DNA from: Deltaproteobacteria bacterium
GTDB lineage: Bacteria > Myxococcota > Myxococcia > Myxococcales > 40CM-4-68-19
DNA: 43,209 nucleotides
Assembly (NCBI GenBank): GCA_005879505.1
Contig: VBKQ01000008.1
Coordinates: forward strand, 1-43,209
Direction: 5' to 3'
This document shows, in pieces, positions 18,300 to 27,235 of this stretch. Below the pieces are notes generated by a model, which was given only the letters and a program-made list of their open reading frames with translations, was not told the DNA's origin and made no database searches. Position 1 is the stretch's first letter. Every line of letters begins with the position of its first letter. Made by a program: the position numbers and the translations under genes.

Positions 18300-18554
18300 A
18301 TGTGGTGCGTCTATCTGCTGCGCTGTGCCGACGGCACGCTCTACACGGGGATTACCACCGATCTGCAGAAGCGCATGGCCGCGCATGCGCGCGGCTGCGG
18401 TGCCCGCTACACGCGCGGCCGCGCGCCGCTCACGCTCCTGCATGCCGAGCCGGCCCGCAGCCGTTCCGCAGCACTGCGCCGCGAGCACGAGCTGAAGCGC
18501 CTGCGCCGCGGCGCGAAGCTCGCCCTTCTTGACACCCTGAGCGAGCGCGGTTAG
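18300..18554 (+). CDS. GIY-YIG nuclease-superfamily small protein (UPF0213-like)
   Basis: Contains [29 protein letters not shown]...EHELKRL. The ATG is at 18300, within the longer track ORF. Confidence 0.75.
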   Translation: MWCVYLLRCADGTLYTGITTDLQKRMAAHARGCGARYTRGRAPLTLLHAEPARSRSAALRREHELKRLRRGAKLALLDTLSERG

Positions 18555-19328
18555 GTGCGGCCGATGCGCCCGATCGTCCTGGTGTGCTTCGCGCTGGCGA
18601 TGGCCGCGTGCCCGGGCCGCGTCCAGTACCCGGAGTGCAAGACGGACGGGGACTGCGCGGAGCACGGACAGGTCTGCATCAACGGCTTCTGCAAGGAGTG
18701 CCGCGACGATTCCAACTGCGCCTCGCACCCCGACCGTCCGGTCTGCCGCGACGCGATCTGCGTGGCGAAGCCCCAATGCGCGAAGAACGAGGACTGCGGA
18801 CCGGGGATGAAGTGCGCTGAGGGCAGGTGCGCCCCGGAGTGCGCCTCCGACGCCGATTGCCCGGGCGGAGCCAGATGCTTGCAGGGCCGCTGCGCCGCGG
18901 AGGAGCGTTGCACGGGAGATGCGGACTGCCCGAAGGGAAAGGCCTGCGTCGACCGCGTCTGCAAGTCCCAGGAAGAAGCGAAGCGGATCGGCGATTGCAG
19001 CCTGAAACCGGTCTACTTCGGTTATGACGACGCTACCCTCTCGCCGGAGGCGCGCAAACTGCTCGATGACGCGTTCCAGTGCCTGCGCCGCGTGCAGTTC
19101 CGCAGGGTGGTGGTCGCCGGGCACACCGACGAGCGCGGCACCACCGAGTACAACCTCGCCCTCGGTGAGCGCCGCGCCGAGGCGGTCCGCCGCTACCTGG
19201 CCCAGCTCGGCGCCGAGCTGGGAAAGCTCAAGGCCATCAGCTATGGGAAGGAACGGCCCGCAAACCCTGGACATGACGAGGCGGCGTGGGCGAAGAACCG
19301 CCGCGCCGAGATCGCGCCGGAGCCCTGA
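18555..19328 (+). CDS. pal: Peptidoglycan-associated lipoprotein (OmpA-like) with N-terminal Cys-rich repeats
   Basis: Has the lipobox LAMAAC and five repeats of the DC..C...C..C type. The OmpA-like part contains VYFGYDDATLSPEA, GHTDERGTTEYNLALGERRA and NRRAEI. The start is GTG 18555 or ATG 18564. Confidence 0.85.
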   Translation: MRPMRPIVLVCFALAMAACPGRVQYPECKTDGDCAEHGQVCINGFCKECRDDSNCASHPDRPVCRDAICVAKPQCAKNEDCGPGMKCAEGRCAPECASDADCPGGARCLQGRCAAEERCTGDADCPKGKACVDRVCKSQEEAKRIGDCSLKPVYFGYDDATLSPEARKLLDDAFQCLRRVQFRRVVVAGHTDERGTTEYNLALGERRAEAVRRYLAQLGAELGKLKAISYGKERPANPGHDEAAWAKNRRAEIAPEP

Positions 19329-20120
19329 ATGAAGAGACTGCTTCTCATCGCGCTCTGCAGCGTTGCCTGCGTCACCACGGCGCAGGAGGGCGAGCAGATG
19401 CGCGCGGACATCGCGGCGCTGCGGACGGATCTGAAGAAGGAGGTGGACGCGACCTCGGCCGACCGCCAGAAGGACCAGCAGCGCGCGAAAGCACTGCAGG
19501 ACGCGCTCGACCAGCTCTCGCGCGCCGCCCGCAAGAGCGGCGCCGACCTCGCCGTGGATGTGGAAAAAGCGCAGAACGACCTCTCGTCGGTGCGCGGCCA
19601 GATCGAGGTACTGCAGCACCGCTTCGACGCGCTGGAGAAGACCTCGCAGGAGAACCAGAAGGCGCTCGACGCGGCGACGCAGTTCATGGCGCAGCGGCAA
19701 AAGGAAGCCGAGCACCCGACGGATCGAGGTCCCCTGTACAACCTCGCCCGCCAGCGGCTCGATCAGGGGCAGGCGGCGAAGGCGCGCGATCTGTTCCAGG
19801 ACTTCATGAACCGCTATCCGAAGGACGAGCTGGCGGCGAACGCGCAGTACTGGCTCGGGGAGACGTACTACGCGGAGAAGAAGTGGAACGACGCCATCGT
19901 CGAGTTCCAGAAGGTGCTCAAGGAGTACAAGGGCTCGGACAAGGTCCCCGACGCGCTGCTGAAGATCGGGATGTCGTTCCAGGCGCAAGGCGATTGCCAG
20001 AACGCGCTGCTGTTCTTCGACGAGGTCGTTCAGGCGCACAAGAGCTCGCCTGCGGCAAAAGCGGCCCACGACCGCTCGGCCGAGTGCAAGCGCAAGAACA
20101 ATCAGAGCCGCAAGCGGTAG
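19329..20120 (+). CDS. ybgF: Tol-Pal system protein YbgF/CpoB
   Basis: Has a signal peptide, then a coiled-coil, then C-terminal TPR containing AQYWLGETYYAEKKWNDAIVEFQKVLKEYKGSDKVPDALLKIG. Confidence 0.85.
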   Translation: MKRLLLIALCSVACVTTAQEGEQMRADIAALRTDLKKEVDATSADRQKDQQRAKALQDALDQLSRAARKSGADLAVDVEKAQNDLSSVRGQIEVLQHRFDALEKTSQENQKALDAATQFMAQRQKEAEHPTDRGPLYNLARQRLDQGQAAKARDLFQDFMNRYPKDELAANAQYWLGETYYAEKKWNDAIVEFQKVLKEYKGSDKVPDALLKIGMSFQAQGDCQNALLFFDEVVQAHKSSPAAKAAHDRSAECKRKNNQSRKR

Positions 20121-20557
20121 CCGCGCAGGAGCCGGTCTTCGACCTTCTCCATCAGCGTGACCAGGTCGCGCCGGCGGAACTTTCCCTGCGCATGCTCCTG
20201 GAATGCCAGCGCGGAATCGACCAGGTAGCGGGTGATGAAGTGCGCCGTCTGCTGCTCGAGCTCGTTTGACAAGAGCCGCCGGTAGTCGTCGCTGCGGCAG
20301 AAGCGGTCGATCAGCTCGTACTCGCGCAGCATCTCCTCGCGCGCCAGCTCGCAGGCGACACGGTATGTATCCAGCTCGGGCCGGCCGAGCCGCGAGAGCA
20401 CGTTGGCGTAGCGCGCCTCCAGCGCGTCGTCGAGCCATTCCTCGATCCGCGGGGGGAAGCGGCGCAGGTCGTCGACGAGCTGGTCGGCCACCTTGTCGAG
20501 GACGTAGTCCCTGAGCTCCTGCGGCTTGCGGTCGAGGATGTGGTCCCAGCGGCTCAT
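20102..20557 (-). CDS. Hypothetical protein
   Basis: GC3 is high and the ATG is at 20557. No family is recognised. Its 3' end overlaps convergent ybgF by 19 nt. Confidence 0.5.
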   Translation of the reverse strand: MSRWDHILDRKPQELRDYVLDKVADQLVDDLRRFPPRIEEWLDDALEARYANVLSRLGRPELDTYRVACELAREEMLREYELIDRFCRSDDYRRLLSNELEQQTAHFITRYLVDSALAFQEHAQGKFRRRDLVTLMEKVEDRLLRGYRLRL

Positions 20558-20561
20558 CGCT

Positions 20562-20593
20562 GTCGGACTGTACAGTCTAAAAGCAGTAGCCGC
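20562..20593 (-). promoter_or_regulatory. Conserved intergenic block (copy B) containing the perfect 12-bp palindrome GACTGTACAGTC
   Basis: The minus strand reads GCGGCTACTGCTTTTAGACTGTACAGTCCGAC. The palindrome is at 20566-20577, 8 nt upstream of the ATG at 20557. Confidence 0.45.
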
Positions 20594-20613
20594 TAAGCCG
20601 CCTTCGGCCGCGG

Positions 20614-22131
20614 CTATGGCGCTCCCGGCAGTCCCGGGCGTGCGTAGACGATGACTTGTGGGACTTCGTCCAGGTAGAGCCCGGTCGCCGGCCGCCGGCT
20701 CCCGAATGCGTTCCAGGTTTCCGGCTCACGGTCGCGGAACTCCCGGTGCCACTGCAGGGCGACGTAATCGGCCTGCGCAGGATTCGGCGCGTACCGGATG
20801 TCTGCGCGCAGCATCCCGGCCAACTGATAGGTCCGGTAGCTCTCGATGTTCACTTCGTGGAAATACACCCGCGCTCCGGGCGGGCAATTGGCGTTCAGCC
20901 AGGGCAGCACGCCGGTCACGTTGTTCGACCAATATTGCCGCTGCATGCCGAGCGTCGCAGCGCCCGGAATGCCGCCCGAGAGCTCGCCGTAGGCGCTGGT
21001 GCCGTAGGGATGGACGTGCGCGATCTGCCAGATCCCCGCGGCGAACGTGGCGATTGCCGCCGACGCGAGCAGCCGCGGCTGCGGCGCGACCCGCGCCATC
21101 AGGGAAGCCGCCTCGGGCGCCAGCAAGGCGACGAAGGCGAGCCAGTGCTTGATGCCACCGAAGATCGGCGTGGTGCGGAGCAGGAAAGGCAGCAGCGCGG
21201 CGCCAGCGAGGCCGAGCTCGAGCAAGCGCTGGGATTCGAGCCGGCGCCGCGCGAAGCCGGCGAGAAGCGAGATCCCGGCGGCAGCGAGGAGCGCCACGGT
21301 CGGCAGCGGCAGCACCATCGCGTCGAGCACCAGCGGGTACTCGGCGGGAAAGGGCGGCGCGCGCAGCACCTGCCCGAAGTACCACCAGGCGTAGTGCACG
21401 TGGTGCGTGTGGAAGGCGATCCAGTCGCGCAGGTGCCGGGAAGGATCGTGCCAGAGCAGCGGCCAGAAGACGAACAGCACGGCGGGCGAGAGCAGGAGCC
21501 ACGGCAACTTGCGCAGGCCCGCCGTCCGCTGATCGCCCGGAAGCAGGAGCGCATGCACGAGCAACACCGGGGGCAGGAACCAGGCGTTGTGCTTGACGGC
21601 GAGCGCGAGGCCGTACGTCGCCGCCAGCCGCGGCCCGGTGCCTCGCAGCCAGGCCACGCCGACGCCCGCCCACATGGCGCAGATGGGGACGTCGAAGCAG
21701 GCGAGGTGGCCGTGGAAGAACGTCCGCTCCGAGCACCAGAAGAGGAGCGGTGCGAGCACGCCGGCGGCGCGAGACCGCGACAGCCCGAGCAGGCAGAGCC
21801 AGTAGCTGAGTAGCCCGGCGAAGGCGAACGCCGGCAGCCGCCATGCGAGCGTGTCCGGCAGGATCCCCAGCCAGGTCGTGAACACCAGGTGCGACGCAGC
21901 GAACAGCAGCTTGGTCAGGCCGGGATGCTCGAAGTTGTACGACCAGTACTGTTCCGTCTGCGCGACGGCCTGTAGCGGGGCATGCAAGAGCAGCCGGAGC
22001 CAGGCCTCGTAGCGCTGCGCGGCCGCGAAGTAATAGCCTTCGTCGCGCACGAAGCCGACCGGCGCCTGGGTCACCGCCATCGCGGCAGCGGTGAGGAATC
22101 CGAGCGTTCGCGCCAGCGCCTTGTCCGTCAT
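20614..22131 (-). CDS. GT-C fold glycosyltransferase (family 39 / ArnT-PMT-like)
   Basis: It is polytopic. It has RDEGYYF in the first loop, FEHPGLTKLL, and many TM helices. The ATG at 22131 overlaps the upstream stop (ATGA). Confidence 0.75.
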   Translation of the reverse strand: MTDKALARTLGFLTAAAMAVTQAPVGFVRDEGYYFAAAQRYEAWLRLLLHAPLQAVAQTEQYWSYNFEHPGLTKLLFAASHLVFTTWLGILPDTLAWRLPAFAFAGLLSYWLCLLGLSRSRAAGVLAPLLFWCSERTFFHGHLACFDVPICAMWAGVGVAWLRGTGPRLAATYGLALAVKHNAWFLPPVLLVHALLLPGDQRTAGLRKLPWLLLSPAVLFVFWPLLWHDPSRHLRDWIAFHTHHVHYAWWYFGQVLRAPPFPAEYPLVLDAMVLPLPTVALLAAAGISLLAGFARRRLESQRLLELGLAGAALLPFLLRTTPIFGGIKHWLAFVALLAPEAASLMARVAPQPRLLASAAIATFAAGIWQIAHVHPYGTSAYGELSGGIPGAATLGMQRQYWSNNVTGVLPWLNANCPPGARVYFHEVNIESYRTYQLAGMLRADIRYAPNPAQADYVALQWHREFRDREPETWNAFGSRRPATGLYLDEVPQVIVYARPGLPGAP

Positions 22132-22898
22132 CGCGAGGTCCAGGCCTGCAGGCAGAACGGGCGGGCCCGATCGGTCGAGGACACGGCGAAGAGGAACTCG
22201 CGCTCGGAAGCGCCGGCCGGGATCGCGACATCGAGACGCTGCCACCCGCTGCCGTCGCGCACCGTGCGCGCGACCTCCAGGGTACCGAGCGGAACGCCGT
22301 CGGCGAACACCTGCACCTCGATCGGCAGCCGATCGGCCTCGTAGGCCCGCTCGCCGATGACGCCCGCGCGCAGGTGAAGGGTCGTGCCCGCAGTGCCCCG
22401 GGCCGCGAGGCGGCCGCCGACCGGAACCTGCACGCAACGGCGCGCGACGTAGTCGACCTCATGCTGCTCGGAGGAGCGGGTGAGGTCGGCCGCGAGCGTA
22501 GCCGCGTGCAGATCCCACGCCTGCAGGGCCAGCGCCCCGAAGCGTTGTTCTTCACCATCGGGGGTGGCGCCACGCGCGCGCAGGGCGGGGCCCGGAGCGC
22601 GGAAGAACGGCGTGCGCGGGAGCGAGAGCAGCCAGAGCCGCCGCACCTCCAGGTAGTCCGCGTGCCCGAGGTCCTCCTCGGCGAGCACCGGCGCCACGTC
22701 GACGAACAGCCGGGCACGTTCCGCCCAGACCGGCCAGATCTGGACCGCGTCGCCCGCTTGCGCCCGCGCGCGCAACGCTCCGGCCGCTTCCGCCCAGTCC
22801 GCGTCGGACGGCAGGCGAAACCCCAACGTCAGATCGAAGAGGAGCGATCCCGCGCCGAGCGCGATCAGCGCGACGAAGACCGCCCTACGAAGAACCAA
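22128..22898 (-). CDS. Hypothetical membrane-anchored protein
   Basis: It has no internal Met. The TTG at 22898 is immediately followed by a TM helix (VFVALIALGAGSLLF). GC3 is high. It overlaps the carG stop by 14 nt and the GT39 start by 4 nt. Confidence 0.5.
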   Translation of the reverse strand: MVLRRAVFVALIALGAGSLLFDLTLGFRLPSDADWAEAAGALRARAQAGDAVQIWPVWAERARLFVDVAPVLAEEDLGHADYLEVRRLWLLSLPRTPFFRAPGPALRARGATPDGEEQRFGALALQAWDLHAATLAADLTRSSEQHEVDYVARRCVQVPVGGRLAARGTAGTTLHLRAGVIGERAYEADRLPIEVQVFADGVPLGTLEVARTVRDGSGWQRLDVAIPAGASEREFLFAVSSTDRARPFCLQAWTSR

Positions 22899-23418
22899 GC
22901 TTGATCTTCCGCTCGCTCTTCTCGCGGTCGAAGAGACAGAGCGCGACTTCCGGGTAGGCGGCGAAGCCTGGCGACCATCCGGGGTGCATGGCGCAGCGCG
23001 GATCGAAGCAATGGTGCAGGTCCCAGAGGTGGCCGACGTAATGCGCCGCCCGCTTCGCGAGCCCGACCTCGAGCGGCACGCCCTTGTCGGCGAGGCCGTG
23101 CGCGGTCGCGAGCGCCTTGCCGCCGCCGTACTGCGCGTACCCATCGACCGGCCCGCGCCCCATCGGACCCGGCGGCGCCGTCAGCGCTTCGGTCGTGAGA
23201 TAGAGGATCTTGTCGTCGGCGTAGAGCGTGACGTCGTCGTCCATCTCGTCGACGACCTTGACGGCGTCGTACGCCGACTGCTCGTCGTCGAGCGCATCCG
23301 CCGGAATCTCGCCTTCCCCTTCGAGCTCGCAGCCCATGCCGTACGCCGCGTGGAGCCGGCGGGTGACGAAATCGATCACGTCGGGCGGGAACTCCGACAG
23401 GGTCACGATCCGGATCAT
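22885..23418 (-). CDS. carG: CarG-like zinc-binding protein (archaemetzincin fold, with the catalytic Glu replaced)
   Basis: Contains HYVGHLWDLHHCFDPRCAM, which fits the archaemetzincin spacing HExxHxxGxxHCxxxxCxM but with E replaced by Y and G replaced by D. The ATG overlaps the carD stop (ATGA at 23415-23418). Confidence 0.7.
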   Translation of the reverse strand: MIRIVTLSEFPPDVIDFVTRRLHAAYGMGCELEGEGEIPADALDDEQSAYDAVKVVDEMDDDVTLYADDKILYLTTEALTAPPGPMGRGPVDGYAQYGGGKALATAHGLADKGVPLEVGLAKRAAHYVGHLWDLHHCFDPRCAMHPGWSPGFAAYPEVALCLFDREKSERKIKLGSS

Positions 23419-24317
23419 CGCTTCCCCTTCGCTTTCGTCTTGCCGGCGGGCTTCCTGGACGCCTTCTTCGCCGCAGCGGATTTTTTCGGGGCAGCCTTCT
23501 TCGGCGGGGCCGCTTTCTTCGGGGGCGCGGGCCTCGCCTTCCTGGCCGCCGCCGGCTTCGCCGCCTTGTGGGGCGGCTTCGACTTCTCCTTCTCCGGCGC
23601 CGGTTTGTGCGGCGCCGCCGGTGCGGCAGGCTGCTTCTCCTCTTCGTCCGACTCGTCGGCCGCCGGCGCGGCCGCTACCACGGCGCCGCCCAACTCCTCG
23701 TCCTCGAAGCCGAGGTCCTCTTCCGTCGCGGGCCGCGCGGGTGAGGGCGGACCGAGGGTCGCCGCAGGCAGCGGCCTTCCCTTGCGCGTCATGCCGGACG
23801 GTGGCCAGAGCGCATAGTCGAGATTGTCCTCGGCCACGTGCAGCGGGATGTTCATCGCCGCCGCGATCTCACCGACTAGCAGGTGGCGCGCATTGTCGTA
23901 CAGCTCGCGCTCCTTCTGCGGCAGCGGCCGCACGCGCGAGAGCGCATGCAACCCCTTGAGGACTTCCACGGTGCCGAACAAGCCGCCGCCGGTCATCCGG
24001 TCCGCGTTCTCGCGGTGGCGCACCTTCCAGTCCAGCTGTGGATCGGTGTTCGGAATCGCCAGCTCGTCGAAGACACGATCGATGGCCGCGACGTCGGCGA
24101 CCTTGCGCAGCCCGATGCCCATCACCTTGCCCTTGGGCACCATCACGGTCGCGCCGTCCTCCTCGCGCGACAACGTCACTACTTCCCAGTTCTGTCCGGC
24201 GATCTGCTTGGTCTCCACGCCCGTGATCCGGCAGATTCCCTGATTCGGATACACGACGCGGTCGCCGATGTGCAGGCTGCCGTCGCCGATGACCGGCTCG
24301 TGACTCTTGGTCGCCAT
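23415..24317 (-). CDS. carD: CarD-type transcription factor: CdnL/TRCF-RID N-domain, an acidic stretch, and a Lys/Ala/Pro-rich H1-like tail
   Basis: Contains GDRVVYPNQGICRITGVE...WEVVTL (CarD_CdnL_TRCF), then EEDLGFEDEE..DESDEEE, then KPAAARKARPAPPKKAAPPKKAAPKKSAAAKKASRKPAGKTKAKGKR. The start is ATG 24317 (MATKSHEP). Confidence 0.85.
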   Translation of the reverse strand: MATKSHEPVIGDGSLHIGDRVVYPNQGICRITGVETKQIAGQNWEVVTLSREEDGATVMVPKGKVMGIGLRKVADVAAIDRVFDELAIPNTDPQLDWKVRHRENADRMTGGGLFGTVEVLKGLHALSRVRPLPQKERELYDNARHLLVGEIAAAMNIPLHVAEDNLDYALWPPSGMTRKGRPLPAATLGPPSPARPATEEDLGFEDEELGGAVVAAAPAADESDEEEKQPAAPAAPHKPAPEKEKSKPPHKAAKPAAARKARPAPPKKAAPPKKAAPKKSAAAKKASRKPAGKTKAKGKR

Positions 24318-24327
24318 CTCCGGTCCC

Positions 24328-24357
24328 TCGCTACCGCACGGCAACACTGTATTGCAA
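24328..24357 (-). promoter_or_regulatory. Weak candidate carD promoter
   Basis: The minus strand reads TTGCAA (24357-24352), an 18-nt spacer, then TAGCGA (24333-24328). It lies 10 nt before the ATG, and the -10 lacks the final T. Confidence 0.2.
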
Positions 24358-24409
24358 GGCGGGCGGAGGTCCTTGCGCCCCCCCGGACCCTTGCACTCCG
24401 ACGCAGGGA

Positions 24410-24428
24410 TGCACAATTGAATTGCGCA
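24410..24428. promoter_or_regulatory. Imperfect 19-bp palindrome, a candidate operator upstream of the acyl-CoA dehydrogenase
   Basis: The sequence is TGCACAATT-G-AATTGCGCA, with 8 of 9 arm positions complementary. It is relatively AT-rich and lies 51 nt upstream of ATG 24479 in the divergent carD/acd region. Confidence 0.35.
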
Positions 24429-24478
24429 GGGCGTCAAAAATGCGACGGTCAACGATGCGCTGCGTTACGGAGGACTGC

Positions 24479-26260
<1,782 letters not shown>

Positions 26261-26283
26261 GCCGCGTCCTGAGACCGATCACG

Positions 26284-26326
26284 TTGTACAGTTCCGCGCA
26301 CTCTCGTGCGCGGGCGCAATGTGCGC
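26284..26326. promoter_or_regulatory. Third TGTACAGT core followed by two tandem GC hairpins
   Basis: TTGTACAGTT lies at 26284-26293. The first hairpin is CGCGCAC-TCTC-GTGCGCG (26295-26312) and the second is GCGCA-ATG-TGCGC (26314-26326). There is no U-tract. Confidence 0.35.
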
Positions 26327-26400
26327 GGTCGCCACCTCCCATCTCCTCCCACCCATGCACAGCTTTCATTCCAAGGGGCTGTCTCGGGCGAGGGGGGCGT

Positions 26401-27216
26401 GTGCGGAACTCGGAGCTGGGGCGTACTGGAGCGGTCCGGCCACTGTGGTCGGAAGCGGACAGTCTGCGCGAGCGGATCGCCGAGGCCGACTCGCTCTACG
26501 GTTTCTTCTCCTTCGATACAGCGCTCTCGCAGCGCGCGTCACACGGACACCTGAGGACCAATCCGGCAGCGAGGGCGGCGCTCATCCGCCTGTGCGCGGC
26601 GACGAGAACGCGCGGGGCCGTGCTCTCTGCGCGCAAGGTGGAGACGATGCAGCGGCGGCTGCGGTTGCACCGCCTCGCTTACGTGGGTGTGCATGGGACG
26701 GACGTGCAGGCCTATGGCTTGCGCATGGTGACCGAGCCGGACCTCGAGCTGGCGGAGAAGGCCGTGCAGAAGCTCCGGCGCGCGTGCTCGCGGCTGCCGA
26801 TCCTTCAGGCGCCGGGCATCGCCGTCGAGGATCGGACCTGGTCGCTGGTGCTTCATCTCAGGCATGCGGAGCCGCAGGCGCGAGTCGCCGCCGCCGAGGA
26901 ATTCGGCAAGCTCGTCGCGGCCGAGGAGCTGGAGCTGCGCCACACCGACGATTCCCTCGAAGCTCTTCCGCCGGGCGCCGCGATGTGGCGCGCGGTCCTC
27001 GGGCTGCTCGCCGGCATGCGCGGCGCGCTCCCGGTCTACGTCGGTGCCGGCGAAGCGAACGAGGAGGCGTTCGAGATCCTGAACCGGAGGAGCGCCATCA
27101 CGGTTCACGTCGGTCCTCCCCCCCGGACCGGCACGAACGCGCGCTGGCTGGTCGCGGATACCGGCGAGGTGATCCGGTTGATCCACTGGCTCGCCGACGC
27201 GCGCAGGCGCACGTAG
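26401..27216 (+). CDS. Trehalose-phosphatase-like (HAD-IIB fold) protein with degenerate catalytic motifs
   Basis: The overall pattern resembles OtsB (HG.., EDR/K.. in AVEDRTWSLVLHLRHA, and VYVGAGEANEEAF in place of GDDxTDE). GTG 26401 is the first usable start and follows a G-rich SD-like run. Confidence 0.5.
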   Translation: MRNSELGRTGAVRPLWSEADSLRERIAEADSLYGFFSFDTALSQRASHGHLRTNPAARAALIRLCAATRTRGAVLSARKVETMQRRLRLHRLAYVGVHGTDVQAYGLRMVTEPDLELAEKAVQKLRRACSRLPILQAPGIAVEDRTWSLVLHLRHAEPQARVAAAEEFGKLVAAEELELRHTDDSLEALPPGAAMWRAVLGLLAGMRGALPVYVGAGEANEEAFEILNRRSAITVHVGPPPRTGTNARWLVADTGEVIRLIHWLADARRRT

Positions 27217-27235
27217 ATCATGCTGCGCATGCTAG

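Noticed and set aside
14687-18532. A 1281-aa plus-strand ORF spanning the DUF169 and PBP1A loci.
   Set aside because: It is antisense to a PBP1A gene that has all its glycosyltransferase and transpeptidase motifs. The translation is low-complexity and Arg/Gly/Pro-rich, so it is a GC artefact. The same reasoning applies to 18135..20438(-), 12654..14369(-), 20726..22717(-), 30941..32245(-) and 35801..37240(-).
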